This document shows, in pieces, positions 45,272-56,537 of a stretch of 64,000 bases of DNA. The DNA is from a plasmid. The notes under the pieces are model-generated. The model did no database searches. It worked only from the letters and a program-made list of their open reading frames with translations, and was not told the DNA's origin. Where the stretch lies: sequence record NZ_CP084508.1. One strand, written 5' to 3'. The translations under genes and the position numbers were made by a program. Position 1 is the first letter of the stretch; each line of letters begins with the position of its first letter.

Positions 45272-45622
45272 ATGCGTCAGTCAATGAAAGTCGTCTTTTT
45301 CGGTATGCTGTCACTGGTGATGGCTCAGACCGTACAGGCTGAGAAGTTGCACCAGGGTATGCAGATGTCGCACGGCGAAATGAAAACGGAACAGCAGGTC
45401 ATCAGCGCCACAGGTATTGTGAAAGATATTGATTTTCAGAACAAAAAAATCACAATTGCCCATGACGCTATTCCGTCCATTGGCTGGCCAGCCATGACCA
45501 TGCGCTTTACCTCCCAGGATGACGGTATTACGGCGCTCAAACCAGGCAACAAAGTTAATTTTTCCTTTATACAGCAGGGAAATCTCTCACTGCTTCAGGA
45601 TATCCAGGTCACGCAGCCATAA
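45272..45622 (+). CDS. silF: periplasmic Cu/Ag chaperone SilF/CusF-type
   Basis: It is 116 aa with a signal peptide. ..ITIAHDAIPSIGWPAMTMRF.. is CusF-like. Confidence 0.8.
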   Translation: MRQSMKVVFFGMLSLVMAQTVQAEKLHQGMQMSHGEMKTEQQVISATGIVKDIDFQNKKITIAHDAIPSIGWPAMTMRFTSQDDGITALKPGNKVNFSFIQQGNLSLLQDIQVTQP

Positions 45623-45725
45623 TCTCGTCACCCGGTTCAGACCCATCACAGTAAAATCTTGTGACGGGTTTCTTTTATATGTTGTATGACCCGTTGAGTT
45701 TATATTTCCTTTACCAGGAGCAGTC

Positions 45726-47003
45726 ATGGCTTCCTTAAAATTAAAATACGCTGCAGTAATGATTAGCAGCCTTCTCATTGGAGGGATCGTGGCCGTGTAT
45801 CCCCATTTTAATACTGCCGGGCATCAGACATCACAGCCAACGGAGCGTAAGGTTCTGTTCTGGTACGATCCCATGAAGCCTGATACCAAATTCGATAAGC
45901 CCGGCAAATCGCCGTTTATGGATATGGATCTGGTGCCCAAATACGCCGATGAAGGTGATGTACAGAACGGCAACGGCATCCGGATCGATCCGTCGTTGGT
46001 GCAGAATCTGGGTATGAAAACCATGAAGGTGAACAAGGGGCACTTACAGTACACTCAAACGATTCCGGCTAACGTCAGTTATAACGATTACCAGTTCGTT
46101 ATCGTGCAGGCGCGTGCGGACGGATTTGTCGAAAAAGTCTATCCGCTCACGATTGGGGATAAGGTCCGCAAAGGAGCACCTCTGATTGACATCACCATCC
46201 CTGAGTGGGTGGAAGCACAGAGCGAATACCTGTTGTTATCGGGATCCGGAGGAACCCAGGTTCAGGTGAAGGGGAGCCTTGAACGTCTGCGTCTGGCCGG
46301 TATGCCGGAAGAAGATATTCAGCGACTGCGCAGCACCCGTACAATCCAGACACGGTTCACCATTAAAGCACCTATCAGTGGGGTCATCACCGCCTTTGAT
46401 CTGCGGACCGGAATGAATATTTCAAAAGACAAAGTCGTGGCCCAGATTCAGGGGACGGATCCGGTTTGGATCAGCGCTTCAGTTCCGGAATCCATTGCTT
46501 ACCTTCTGAAGGACACCTCGCAGTTTGCTATTTCAGTTCCGGCGTATCCTGACAAAACGTTTAATATTAAAAAATGGAATATTTTACCGAGCGTAGACTC
46601 TACAACCCGCACCCTCCAGGTCCGTCTGCAGGTGAGCAATCCGGATGAGCTGCTAAAGCCGGGGATGAGTGCCTATCTGAAACTGAACACCCAAAGCAGC
46701 GAAATGCTGCTGATCCCTTCACAGGCGGTGATTGACACAGGCAAGGAGCAGCATGTCATTACCGTTGATGGTAAAGGCCGGTTTGTCCCGAAATCCATCA
46801 AAATACTGCATGAATCGCAGAATCAGACCGGGATCGCCAGCGGACTCTCTGAAGGTGAGTCCGTGGTGGTGAACGGTCTGTTCCTGATTGACTCTGAGGC
46901 CAATATTTCCGGGGCCCTGGAACGAATGCACCAGGCGGATAAACCTGCACCGATGGCGCCGGGTATGGTGATGCCATCAGACAATACCCATGCAGGTCAC
47001 TGA
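45726..47003 (+). CDS. silB: RND membrane-fusion protein SilB/CusB-type
   Basis: It is a 425-aa MFP-family protein immediately upstream of the RND pump gene. Confidence 0.8.
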   Translation: MASLKLKYAAVMISSLLIGGIVAVYPHFNTAGHQTSQPTERKVLFWYDPMKPDTKFDKPGKSPFMDMDLVPKYADEGDVQNGNGIRIDPSLVQNLGMKTMKVNKGHLQYTQTIPANVSYNDYQFVIVQARADGFVEKVYPLTIGDKVRKGAPLIDITIPEWVEAQSEYLLLSGSGGTQVQVKGSLERLRLAGMPEEDIQRLRSTRTIQTRFTIKAPISGVITAFDLRTGMNISKDKVVAQIQGTDPVWISASVPESIAYLLKDTSQFAISVPAYPDKTFNIKKWNILPSVDSTTRTLQVRLQVSNPDELLKPGMSAYLKLNTQSSEMLLIPSQAVIDTGKEQHVITVDGKGRFVPKSIKILHESQNQTGIASGLSEGESVVVNGLFLIDSEANISGALERMHQADKPAPMAPGMVMPSDNTHAGH

Positions 47004-47013
47004 GGATAACGCA

Positions 47014-50000
47014 ATGATTGAATGGATTATCCGGCGTTCAGTGGCCAACCGCTTTCTGGTGATGATGGCGGTACTGTTCCTGAGTATCTGGGGAACATGG
47101 ACCATTGTGAATACCCCTGTTGATGCCTTACCCGACCTTTCTGACGTTCAGGTCATTATTAAAACCAGCTATCCGGGTCAGGCACCGCAGATTGTCGAAA
47201 ATCAGGTCACTTACCCACTGACCACAACCATGCTTTCCGTTCCGGGCGCGAAGACGGTCAGGGGATTTTCACAGTTTGGTGACTCCTATGTGTATGTGAT
47301 CTTCGAGGATGGTACCGATCAATACTGGGCTCGCTCACGCGTGATGGAATACCTGAACCAGGCTCAGGGAAAATTACCTAAAGGCGTGACCTCAGAAATT
47401 GGTCCCGACGCTACCGGGGTGGGCTGGATTTACGAGTATGCCCTTGTTGATAAAAGCGGCAAGCACAATTTAGCTGAACTGCGTTCGCTTCAGGACTGGT
47501 TCCTGAAATATGAGTTAAAAACCATTCCGAACGTTTCGGAGGTCGCCTCCATTGGCGGTATGGTCCGGGAATATCAGGTTCAGGTGGATCCGATCAAACT
47601 GTCGCAGTACGGGATCACCCTGTCCCAGGTCAAAAACGCGCTCAACGCCTCGAATCAGGAAGCCGGCGGTTCCTCGGTTGAACTGGCCGAAACCGAATAC
47701 ATGGTGCGCGCCACCGGTTATCTTCAGTCCCTGAATGATTTCAACAACATTGTCCTCAGTGCGGGGGCAAACGGCATTCCTGTGTATTTAAAAGACGTGG
47801 CTCGGGTACAGATTGGACCTGAAATGCGTCGTGGTATTGCAGAGCTGAACGGTGAGGGTGAAGTCGCCGGCGGGGTGATTATTTTGCGTTCCGGGAAGAA
47901 TGCCCGTGACGTTATATCTGCGGTGAAAGAGAAGCTCAACACGCTGAAAAAAAGTCTTCCGCAAGGTGTGGAAGTGGTGACTACCTACGACCGCAGCCAG
48001 TTAATCGATCGCTCAATAGATAACCTCAGCCATAAACTGCTGGAAGAATTTATTGTTGTGGCCGTGGTCTGTGCGCTGTTCCTCTGGCATCTGCGTTCTG
48101 CGCTGGTCGCTATCATCTCTCTCCCACTCGGATTGTGTATTGCTTTCATCGTCATGCACTTCCAGGGAATGAATGCCAATATCATGTCGCTCGGCGGCAT
48201 TGCTATTGCGGTCGGCGCTATGGTGGATGCCGCAGTGGTCATGATAGAAAATGCGCATAAACAGCTGGAGGAGTGGGATCATCTCCACCCTGGCGAAAAA
48301 ATTGATAACACCACGCGCTGGAAGGTCATCACTGACGCGTCGGTGGAGGTGGGCCCGGCACTGTTCATCAGTCTGCTGATCATTACCCTGTCATTTATCC
48401 CGATCTTTACCCTTGAAGGTCAGGAAGGCCGCCTGTTTGGTCCACTGGCCTTCACCAAAACCTATTCAATGGCAGGGGCAGCAGTTCTGGCGATTGTGGT
48501 GATCCCCATCCTGATGGGATTCTGGATCCGCGGGAAAATTCCGGCTGAAACCAGTAACCCGCTGAACAGATTCCTGATCAGGATCTATCACCCCCTGCTG
48601 CTGCGGGTTCTGCACTGGCCGAAGCTGACACTGATCGTCGCCTTATTATCGATCCTGACCATCGCCTGGCCACTCAGTAAGGTGGGCGGAGAATTTCTGC
48701 CTCAGATTAACGAGGGCGATTTACTGTATATGCCGTCCACGCTGCCAGGCATTTCTCCCGCACAGGCCCGGACGTTGCTGCAGACGACCGATAAGCTTAT
48801 CAAAACCGTACCTGAAGTGGCCTCTGTGTTTGGTAAGTCAGGAAAAGCAGATACTGCAACAGACTCAGCCCCAATGGAAATGCTGGAAACTACCATTCAG
48901 CTAAAACCTGAAGATCAGTGGCGTCCAGGAATGACTATCGACAAAATTATCGAGGAGCTTGATAAAACGGTTCGTTTACCCGGCCTGGCTAACCTCTGGG
49001 TTCCACCTATTCGTAACCGTATCGATATGCTGTCGACGGGGATTAAAAGCCCGATAGGGATCAAAGTCTCCGGAACCGTTCTGGCTGATCTTGACCAGAC
49101 GGCACAACAGATTGAAGAAGTCGCCAGAACGGTTCCGGGTGTAACTTCTGCCTTGGCGGAACGTCTGGAAGGTGGGCGCTACGTCACCGTCGATATTAAC
49201 CGTGAAAAAGCAGCCCGCTACGGGATGAGCATTGATGATGTACAGCTGTTTATCACCTCGGCGATTGGTGGCGCTCAGGTAGGGGAAGTGGTGGAAGGCG
49301 TGGCCAGATACCCCATCAACATTCGTTACCCGCAGGGTTATCGTGATGGACCTGAAATGTTGCGTCAGTTGCCGATACTTACGCCAATGAAACAGCAGAT
49401 AACCCTGGGCGATATTGCAGAAGTGAAGGTGGTTTCTGGCCCAAGTATGCTGAAAACTGAAAATGCCCGACCAACCAACTGGATCTATATTGATGCCCGT
49501 GGCCGCGACATGGTATCGGTGGTCAATGACCTCAAAGCCGCGATCAGCGAAAAAGTGGCCTTAAAACCAGGCACCAGTGTGGCCTTCTCCGGGCAGTTTG
49601 AACTGCTGGAGCATGCCAATAAGAAGCTGAAATTGATGGTGCCAATGACCATCATGATCATTTTCGTTCTACTCTACCTGGCGTTCCGCCGTGTTGATGA
49701 AGCCGTACTGATCCTTATGAGTCTGCCTTTTGCACTGGTCGGAGGAGTTTGGTTCCTTTACTGGCAAGGCTTCCATATGTCAGTGGCGACCGGAACCGGA
49801 TTTATTGCCCTCGCAGGCGTTGCGGCTGAATTTGGTGTAGTGATGCTGATGTATCTGCGTCATGCCATTGAGGCTCACCCGGAGTTGTCCAGCCAAGAAA
49901 CGTTCACCGCTGAAGGACTTGATGAGGCGCTGTACCATGGTGCGGTACTTCGTGTAAGACCAAAAGCCATGACGGTGGCCGTTATTATCGCGGGTCTGTT

Positions 50001-50160
50001 ACCTATACTGTGGGGAACCGGCGCGGGTTCTGAGGTGATGAGCCGTATAGCAGCACCGATGATTGGTGGCATGATCACCGCCCCTCTGTTGTCTCTGTTC
50101 ATCCTCCCAGCGGCTTATAAGTTGCTCTGGCTGCATAGACATAAGTCACTCAACGCCTGA
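47014..50160 (+). CDS. silA: RND heavy-metal efflux pump SilA/CusA-type
   Basis: The start is [16 protein letters not shown].., as in CusA. It is about 1048 aa with the 12-TM RND architecture. Confidence 0.85.
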   Translation: MIEWIIRRSVANRFLVMMAVLFLSIWGTWTIVNTPVDALPDLSDVQVIIKTSYPGQAPQIVENQVTYPLTTTMLSVPGAKTVRGFSQFGDSYVYVIFEDGTDQYWARSRVMEYLNQAQGKLPKGVTSEIGPDATGVGWIYEYALVDKSGKHNLAELRSLQDWFLKYELKTIPNVSEVASIGGMVREYQVQVDPIKLSQYGITLSQVKNALNASNQEAGGSSVELAETEYMVRATGYLQSLNDFNNIVLSAGANGIPVYLKDVARVQIGPEMRRGIAELNGEGEVAGGVIILRSGKNARDVISAVKEKLNTLKKSLPQGVEVVTTYDRSQLIDRSIDNLSHKLLEEFIVVAVVCALFLWHLRSALVAIISLPLGLCIAFIVMHFQGMNANIMSLGGIAIAVGAMVDAAVVMIENAHKQLEEWDHLHPGEKIDNTTRWKVITDASVEVGPALFISLLIITLSFIPIFTLEGQEGRLFGPLAFTKTYSMAGAAVLAIVVIPILMGFWIRGKIPAETSNPLNRFLIRIYHPLLLRVLHWPKLTLIVALLSILTIAWPLSKVGGEFLPQINEGDLLYMPSTLPGISPAQARTLLQTTDKLIKTVPEVASVFGKSGKADTATDSAPMEMLETTIQLKPEDQWRPGMTIDKIIEELDKTVRLPGLANLWVPPIRNRIDMLSTGIKSPIGIKVSGTVLADLDQTAQQIEEVARTVPGVTSALAERLEGGRYVTVDINREKAARYGMSIDDVQLFITSAIGGAQVGEVVEGVARYPINIRYPQGYRDGPEMLRQLPILTPMKQQITLGDIAEVKVVSGPSMLKTENARPTNWIYIDARGRDMVSVVNDLKAAISEKVALKPGTSVAFSGQFELLEHANKKLKLMVPMTIMIIFVLLYLAFRRVDEAVLILMSLPFALVGGVWFLYWQGFHMSVATGTGFIALAGVAAEFGVVMLMYLRHAIEAHPELSSQETFTAEGLDEALYHGAVLRVRPKAMTVAVIIAGLLPILWGTGAGSEVMSRIAAPMIGGMITAPLLSLFILPAAYKLLWLHRHKSLNA

Positions 50161-50249
50161 ATCAGATGGGGCGTCGAAGGACGGCGCCCCTGATGTATTG
50201 TCCGTCCTGCCAGCTCTGGCACTGACGGGATCTTTAAGAGGAAAATATG

Positions 50250-50365
50250 AAAAAAAACTGTTAATGGCTGTTCTACTTACATCTCCTCTCCCGGCCTTTG
50301 CTGGCGACCAGGTGATTGATTTGTATAAATCGGTATACTACGTCTGCTGTTCTCTATGAGGTCAG
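50250..50365 (+). pseudogene. remnant of the small ORF that follows silA in intact sil operons (ORF105/silG-like), disrupted in a homopolymer A run
   Basis: ATGAAAAAAAACTGTTAATGGCTGTTCTACTTACATCTCCTCTCCCGGCCTTTGCTGGCGACCAGGTGATTGATTTGTAT.. would encode a signal peptide plus ..AGDQVIDLYKSVYYVCC if one A were removed. No silP follows. Confidence 0.35.
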
Positions 50366-50399
50366 ACGATGGAAAAGGAAGAATTTACTGTGAAAACGC

Positions 50400-50930
50400 A
50401 TGTCGCGAGCAACTAGGTAGAGCGAACAAGTTGTTATATCGCTATGGCTGAGAAGCTGATTATTGAAGGGCATGTTCCTGCGACGGTGATTCGCTAGACT
50501 TTGCAACCAGCCACGGAGCGACTATCGATACCACAACAGCTGCTGGCAAGCTTATTTTGGGGAGCTTTGCCGCGCTGGCCAAGTTTAGGCGTGAACTGAT
50601 TGCCGAGCGAACAGTTGCAGGCCTAGCCTCAGCGAGATCTCACGGATGGAAAGGAAGCCACCCTTTCACTAAGTTAGCGATCTGCATAAACAGGATATCC
50701 AGTTCAGGAGCCGCACCGACTCTTTTTCCATGTCATGACAAGCTTCGCAGAGATGGAACGAGACCTGACCGTCGAACGAACCCGGGCTGGTCTAGAAGTT
50801 GCTAGACAGCTCGGCCGCAAAGGTGGCCACAAGCCAAAAATGACCAACAGTAAGAGCGAGTCAACCAAGAACCTTGGCGTGTCCGTTCCTACGCTATGTC
50901 GCTGGATTCCAGCCTCTGAACTCGCTTAGC
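50400..50930 (+). pseudogene. serine recombinase (resolvase/invertase) gene fragment, frameshifted
   Basis: ..IDTTTAAGKLIFGSFAALAKFRRELIAERTVAGLASARSHGWKG.. and ..FAEMERDLTVERTRAGLEVARQLGRKGGHKPKM.. are C-terminal resolvase motifs, read in two frames. Confidence 0.55.
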
Positions 50931-51298
50931 GTACGATTTTCCCGTTTCCCTAGGCCCCCCAATTAACTGAGGCGACAACCGCCTTGACACACACTGCCTT
51001 CTGCGAATCCCCATACACCACAAATAACCATAACTCTCTGAAACCGGGCAGAATCAACCCGTTTTTTTGACCACAAAATAAAACAATAACCTTATTATTC
51101 ATAATGTGATTCTCATCTCACTTACACAAAACATACAATGTACTGATATATAAGGCTTATTTTATAAGGGAGAAATTTATTCTCTGCCGCCTGCAGTTGC
51201 GGAATTTTTTTAGAAAATTTTTTTTGACTACCTGTGCCATTATCCGGTCATTACAATAACCATTAAATATTCATCGCATATTTTACAGGACACCAACT

Positions 51299-52444
51299 AT
51301 GAGTAAGAAAATTGCTACTGTGCTGATCCACGGTGGACAGCAGCAGGATAAAGTTAACCATGCTATTTTTCCGGCGATCACAACCGCCAGTACTTTTGTA
51401 CAAACCAGCCTGAGCGAACACGGTGAATACGTCTATTCCCGCGTCAGTAACCCGACCCGCCACACCTATGAAACACTGCTTGCCGATATTGAGGAAGGCA
51501 CTTACGCCACTGCAACCGCCTCCGGTGTGGCCGCCGCAGCACTGGTGCTGAATATCTTCCCGCAGGGCTCTCATATTATTGCGATGAAAGGTGTGTACGG
51601 TGGTACTTTCCGCCTGTTTGAACGCGTGGCAAAAGAAAACTGCGGCCATGAGTTTGATTATGTTGATCTTAATGATTTAGCGGCAGTACGCAACAAAATC
51701 AAAAATAATACCCGTCTGATCTGGATAGAAAGCCCGACCAACCCGTTACTTGAACTGGTTGATATCGAAGCCATCTGCGGCCTGGCCAAAGAACACAATA
51801 TCGTGACTTGTATTGATAATACCTTTGCGACACCGTGGAACCAGAAGCCACTGACCATGGGGGCGGATCTGATTATGGTTTCCTCCAGTAAATATATCGG
51901 CGGTCACTCTGATTTAATCGGCGGTGCAGTCATCACCAACCGTAACGACCTCGCAGAAAAACTGAATTTTCTGAAAACCACCACCGGCGCTATTGCCTCA
52001 CCGTTTGATGCCTATCTAGCCCTGCGCGGCCTGAAAACCCTAGTACTGCGTATGGCGGCACAGTGCAGCAATGCACTGGCGGTGGCGGAATTCCTGTCCG
52101 GTCACGACAAAATTGAGAAGGTGTTTTACCCGGGCCTGAAAGATCACCCGCAGTATGCATTATGCAAAAAACAGATGCGCACCGGCGGTGCCGTAGTCAC
52201 TATTCAGCTGAAAGGTGGCCTCGCAGAGGCCGAAGCCTTTGTGAAAAAGCTTCGCTATTTTGTGCTCGCCGAATCGCTGGGCGGCGTGGAAAGCATGGTG
52301 AATCACTCCGCGACTATGTCCCACGGCTCCATGACCCACGAAGAGCGCGAATCCATCGGTGTTTTTGACAGCACACTGCGTTTGTCTGTCGGCATCGAAG
52401 ATATCGGCGATTTACTGGCTGACTTACAGCAGGCTTTGACCTGA
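51299..52444 (+). CDS. PLP-dependent trans-sulfuration enzyme (cystathionine gamma-synthase/beta-lyase/methionine gamma-lyase family)
   Basis: It is 381 aa. The PLP-lysine motif is SSSKYIGGHSD. The N-terminus (..TTASTFVQTS..YSRVSNPTRHTYE) is family-typical. Confidence 0.75.
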   Translation: MSKKIATVLIHGGQQQDKVNHAIFPAITTASTFVQTSLSEHGEYVYSRVSNPTRHTYETLLADIEEGTYATATASGVAAAALVLNIFPQGSHIIAMKGVYGGTFRLFERVAKENCGHEFDYVDLNDLAAVRNKIKNNTRLIWIESPTNPLLELVDIEAICGLAKEHNIVTCIDNTFATPWNQKPLTMGADLIMVSSSKYIGGHSDLIGGAVITNRNDLAEKLNFLKTTTGAIASPFDAYLALRGLKTLVLRMAAQCSNALAVAEFLSGHDKIEKVFYPGLKDHPQYALCKKQMRTGGAVVTIQLKGGLAEAEAFVKKLRYFVLAESLGGVESMVNHSATMSHGSMTHEERESIGVFDSTLRLSVGIEDIGDLLADLQQALT

Positions 52445-52481
52445 CACAGCATCACTACCACAATAATAAAAGAGAAAGCGT

Positions 52482-53927
52482 ATGCAGGGCTATGGTATCT
52501 GGACGGTCATTACCCCGGTCGTCACAATTATTCTGGCCATCTGTACCCGTCAGGTGATTTTATCACTGCTGATCGGGATACTTGTTGGCTTTACTGTTAT
52601 TCATGATCACAATCTATTACTGGGGATCCGCGCGACCCTCGAGGGGATTATTGATGTCTTTAAATCATCAGGCAACGCCAATACCATCATCTTTATGCTG
52701 ATGATTGGCGGGATCATACGGCTGGTCGTGGTGACCGGCGGTGTGCGGGCGCTTGTCTGCCTGCTGACCCACAAAACACAGATTATCAAAGACCGCAGAG
52801 GGGTACAGTTGCTGGCGGTGATTATCACCTCACTGACTTTTATCGAAAGTTCGATTAACCAGCTGGTTTCCGGTGCATCCACCAAAGCACTGGCGAAAAA
52901 ATACGGCGTATCGCCGGAAAAAATGTCTTACCTCATCCAGACTGCCTGTGTGTCTGTTTGTTCTTCCGCCATGATCAATGGCTGGGGTGCAGCAATGATG
53001 GGGGTTATCGGTGTGCAGATCTCTCAGGGGCTGATCACTGGCGAACCGTTTGATATCCTGGCACATTCCATGATTTACAACATAATGGCCTGGTTCTCAC
53101 TCGCCAGCATTTTGTTCTATATCTTCAGTAATGTCTCCTGGGGAGCGATGCGCAAAGCAGAAATGCGTGCGCAGGCGCTTATCAGCTCAGTGGATGTTAT
53201 CGCCAGCACCCCGGAAGAGACTCATGAAGAGCCGGAAGATGATAAAGACATTATCGATCATCCAAACTGCCATACTTCACTGAACTTCTTTATTCCGATC
53301 CTCTCTACCATTCTAATGGTGCCGGTGGCACTGTATATCACCGGAGACGGCGAGTTCAGTAAAGGCAGTGGTTCCACCTCGGTTTACTGGGGCGTGATGT
53401 TCGGTACGGCGGTGTCATTTGTCTGGTTCCTTGCGCGCCGTGTGATGAGTGTGGATACCTTCTTTAAAGAGCTTTATATCGGCTATGCCAATATGATTAA
53501 AATCAGTTCGGTTATGATCCTCGCCTTCCTGATGGGCTCAGTGTCTTCTGACCTCAACACCGGTGCCTACATTGCCCAGGTGACATCCGGCGTTATCGCA
53601 CCAGGCTTCTCTGTCGGCTTTATCTTCCTGATCAGTGCCATTATGTCACTGGCAACAGGTACCTCCTGGGGCACATTCGCCATAATGATCCCAATTGGTG
53701 TGCAGCTGGGTCTGTCTGTCGGTATGCCGCCGGAATATATGATTGGTGCCGCTATCTCCGGGTCTATCTTTGGAGATATGACTTCCCCTATCTCCAGTGA
53801 TGCCATTGTAGCATCGATGGCGACAGACTGTGACCATATTGAGCATATCCGTACCCAGATGCCGTATGCGGTATTAACCGCGAGTCTTGTGCTGGCCGTC
53901 TATCTCTGGTTAGGATTCACCTACTGA
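52482..53927 (+). CDS. NhaC-family (Na+/H+ antiporter-like) membrane transporter
   Basis: It is 481 aa and polytopic, with an acidic loop (..EETHEEPEDDKD..). It lies 37 bp downstream of the PLP enzyme gene, co-oriented, suggesting an operon. Confidence 0.55.
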   Translation: MQGYGIWTVITPVVTIILAICTRQVILSLLIGILVGFTVIHDHNLLLGIRATLEGIIDVFKSSGNANTIIFMLMIGGIIRLVVVTGGVRALVCLLTHKTQIIKDRRGVQLLAVIITSLTFIESSINQLVSGASTKALAKKYGVSPEKMSYLIQTACVSVCSSAMINGWGAAMMGVIGVQISQGLITGEPFDILAHSMIYNIMAWFSLASILFYIFSNVSWGAMRKAEMRAQALISSVDVIASTPEETHEEPEDDKDIIDHPNCHTSLNFFIPILSTILMVPVALYITGDGEFSKGSGSTSVYWGVMFGTAVSFVWFLARRVMSVDTFFKELYIGYANMIKISSVMILAFLMGSVSSDLNTGAYIAQVTSGVIAPGFSVGFIFLISAIMSLATGTSWGTFAIMIPIGVQLGLSVGMPPEYMIGAAISGSIFGDMTSPISSDAIVASMATDCDHIEHIRTQMPYAVLTASLVLAVYLWLGFTY

Positions 53928-54249
53928 ATATGACTGCGAACTCAATAAAGATATGATATATCTTCTTCTATAATAAGCTTACGCTGGACATATTATCCAT
54001 GAATGGTAATGGTTTTGTCGATGGGGAATATCTCACAAAAGTAACGCTGAACCACAAAATCGAAATCATTTTCCTCGTTCTTTAGTGAAAAACGAAAGAA
54101 GGCGTGTTTGGCTTTGAAATACCCCGTCAGTAGGAGGCAATAAATTTGTACTTGTATTCCGGTAGCGTGTTTTGTCTGTGAACTAAGGCTGCCAGAACCG
54201 GGTTCACGACTGATGCATAATACACTTTTTCCGCTTCAGCCACTGGGGG

Positions 54250-54420
54250 GGGAGATATGACCGAGCCGCGCCATCAACCTGCGATTGTTGTACCAGTCCA
54301 CCCAGGGCCAGCTTTACTTCCTGCCGGGTTTCCCAACTTTTTCGATGTATCACCTTCGCCTTGTACAGGCTGTTGATGCTTTCCGGACCAACAGGAACAT
54401 TTGCGCAGAATCTTAAGGTT
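54250..54420 (-). pseudogene. IS3-family orfB C-terminal remnant (..VDWYNNRRLMARLGHISP..)
   Basis: It matches the conserved IS3-family C-terminus (..YNNRRLHSSLGYMSP). Confidence 0.4.
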
Positions 54421-54751
54421 TGGAGAGCAACCCGGCAACCAGCTTAACGTGCTTTACTTTCTGTTTTCTGAGACAACCCGAGACAGACCACGGATCTGTT
54501 GACCCCGGTCGCGCTGTGAACACAGGCTTGCGCAGCCACATCACGCCAAGCCTCTGCTGCTGCGCAGAAATAGCCCTCTCGCTCGAGAATAACAGCGCGT
54601 CGTGCACGTTGCTGATGGGGAGATAAGGGGGTATACCGAGTATACACGATGAGGACCTCCTTGCGTCTTACTGTGTTTTTTCTGAGTTAGCCGGTCCCTC
54701 TCCCCAACAGTAAAGCAAGGGAGAGGAAAAATACCTCGGCGGCATATTATA

Positions 54752-55675
54752 TTAATGTCGAACCTGCTCGAGCTCAGCGGCTGTTAAACCGGTCACCTGC
54801 ATAATCGTAGCGTGATCTATACCGATAGCCAGCATGTTGCGCGCCATTTCGCGCTGAGCCTCTTGGCGGCCTTCCTGACGGCCTTCCTGACGGCCTTTGT
54901 GAATGCCTTTCTGCATGCCTTTCTGTTCAAGTTGTTCAGCGATGGTCATCAGCGTGTCTCCATGTTGCGGCACTTGCGATGCCAGGGTGGTTAGCAGGGC
55001 CTCCGGGTTTTGTGTCTCCCCGACCTGGAACATGTAGTTCATCAGGGTGCGCACCTGCTTTTCGGTAGTGTAGCCTGCCAACAGTAATGTGACCACCTGG
55101 TTTAGCAACTCAGCCAGGTCACGCTGCCGGATATGCTTCTGCAGCAGCTCCAGCAAGGCGATGCGCTTGTGCTGCATGATCTCGTCATCCGGGATGACGG
55201 TGATATCCACCAACGGGAAATCACCGCAGTATAGCTGCCTGGCCAACGCCGGGTTGGCAAACTCCTGTAACCAGGACAGGCTGTAGGGATACGGTGACGT
55301 CTGCCCTTGGTAGAACAGGATGGGTATCACCAGAGGCAATGTGTCGTGGCCGGCATCGAGGTGTTGTTGCATGGCAGCAATCGCATAACGCATCAAGCGA
55401 AATGCCATGTGCTTGTCCGGTCGGGATTGATGCTCGATCAATGTATAGATAAAACCGTCCCCACCCTGGGTCTTCAGGGTGTACAACACATCACTGTAAT
55501 ACGGGCGCAAGCTCTCTTCGACAAACGAACCGGGAGCCAGTTGCAGCGTATCGAGGTCACAGATTTCCCGCAGTGCCGGCGGCAGATGAATAGACAGAAA
55601 ATCCCGGGCGGTCTCGGGGTGAGTGAGGAACGCCTTGAATACGCTGTCGTGAGGAGTCGCTGGATGTTTTTTCAT
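54752..55675 (-). CDS. Rpn-family (YhgA-like, PD-(D/E)XK) recombination-promoting nuclease/putative transposase
   Basis: The N-terminus (HDSVFKAFLTHPETARDFL..LPPALREICDLDTLQL) and the C-terminal ..LAIGIDHATIMQVTGLTAAELEQV are YhgA/Rpn-like. It contains a tandem EGRQ codon repeat. Confidence 0.75.
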   Translation of the reverse strand: MKKHPATPHDSVFKAFLTHPETARDFLSIHLPPALREICDLDTLQLAPGSFVEESLRPYYSDVLYTLKTQGGDGFIYTLIEHQSRPDKHMAFRLMRYAIAAMQQHLDAGHDTLPLVIPILFYQGQTSPYPYSLSWLQEFANPALARQLYCGDFPLVDITVIPDDEIMQHKRIALLELLQKHIRQRDLAELLNQVVTLLLAGYTTEKQVRTLMNYMFQVGETQNPEALLTTLASQVPQHGDTLMTIAEQLEQKGMQKGIHKGRQEGRQEGRQEAQREMARNMLAIGIDHATIMQVTGLTAAELEQVRH

Positions 55676-55905
55676 TCAGGTATATTAACATTTTACCCTG
55701 CCTGCAGATAGCGGGCGGCCATATTATCAAACCCAAAAATCACAACGACCCGGACGAGCGAGCCATCCTTTGGAGGGGGTAGCTCAGACCGCTACGACCT
55801 CTATCCGACTTAGAGTACGATTTTCTCCATTTTCCAAGCGGCCCCCAATACTCGATCATTGTTCGAACGATACCCTTCTATCTCACCATGTTGTGAATCC
55901 TATTT

Positions 55906-56088
55906 CTACTGGCACTTGATACCGGCCATATCAGAAGAGGATGATGGGGCTACCGTTCCTCCTTGAATATCATGAATATAGTTTGCCTGACAGGCTGAAA
56001 GAAGAAAACCTAACGTTGCAAATAATATAAAAAAATAAATTTCTTTTTTCTCATAAATTTCCTTATTGATATAGCTACCAGCATTCAT
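55906..56088 (-). CDS. bacteriocin release (lysis) lipoprotein, copy 2, cloacin DF13 BRP-like
   Basis: The mature part CQANYIHDIQGGTVAPSSSSDMAGIKCQ closely matches the 28-aa colicin/cloacin lysis lipoproteins (CQANYIRDVQGGTV..PSS..). The lipobox is LSAC. The canonical RBS+ATG (MRKKKFIF) is out of frame by one T in a T7 run. The in-frame call uses the upstream ATG (MNAGSY..). Confidence 0.75.
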   Translation of the reverse strand: MNAGSYINKEIYEKKEIYFFILFATLGFLLSACQANYIHDIQGGTVAPSSSSDMAGIKCQ

Positions 56089-56135
56089 CCTTGATTACTG
56101 GTAGCTTGCTCATCAATTATTAATTGCTAATGGGA

Positions 56136-56393
56136 TCACCAATTTCCATCCCGATAATCAAAAGCTATATAATAATTATCCAAATCAGGCTTTATTTGAT
56201 TTTTAAAAAATGGCTGTAGTAAAGCAACCCATTCTTTCTTCAAATCAAACTCACCATTATTAATATTATCCTTTAAAGGCATCCCCAGACTTTCAATGAC
56301 AGCCCCATCATCACCAAAATCTTTAGAATACTCCTCACCTTTAAAATCGCTTGTCTTCTTATCAAACCATGTCAAACGTAATTTAAGACCCAT
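56136..56393 (-). CDS. rRNase-colicin immunity protein (ImmE3/cloacin DF13 immunity family), orphan copy
   Basis: [68 protein letters not shown]. Im3 reads [37 protein letters not shown]...FDYRDGDW. It is 85 aa. Confidence 0.8.
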   Translation of the reverse strand: MGLKLRLTWFDKKTSDFKGEEYSKDFGDDGAVIESLGMPLKDNINNGEFDLKKEWVALLQPFFKNQIKPDLDNYYIAFDYRDGNW

Positions 56394-56395
56394 AT

Positions 56396-56520
56396 TTACC
56401 TCTCAAAGATATTTTTTAATATTACGTTTAGGATCGGGAGACTTTAACTGCTTACCAGTCTTATGGTCAAAAGAGCCTAAATGCTCACCATCGCTCGAAC
56501 GATACCCTTCCATCTCACCA
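56396..56520 (-). pseudogene. 3'-terminal remnant (last ~40 codons) of a second rRNase bacteriocin gene
   Basis: It translates HGEMEGYRSSDGEHLGSFDHKTGKQLKSPDPKRNIKKYL*. This is near-identical to the C-terminus of the intact bacteriocin at 57035-58828. It is joined directly to the end of the upstream lysis gene. Confidence 0.75.
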
Positions 56521-56537
56521 TGCTGTGAATTCTATTT

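Noticed and set aside
47552-48896. Multiple 60-90-aa ORFs antisense to or overlapping silA, and likewise inside silS, silC and the ushers
   Set aside because: They lie wholly inside long, well-supported CDSs on the other strand or frame. They have no RBS or family resemblance. They are typical spurious ORFs in GC-rich coding DNA.
54840-54900. Short tandem direct repeats GGCCTTCCTGACG / GCCTTTCTGCATGCCTTTCTG that could be taken for a mini CRISPR or VNTR
   Set aside because: They are codon-level repeats encoding (Q/E)GRQ units inside the Rpn nuclease gene on the minus strand. There are no spacers of unique sequence and no cas genes.
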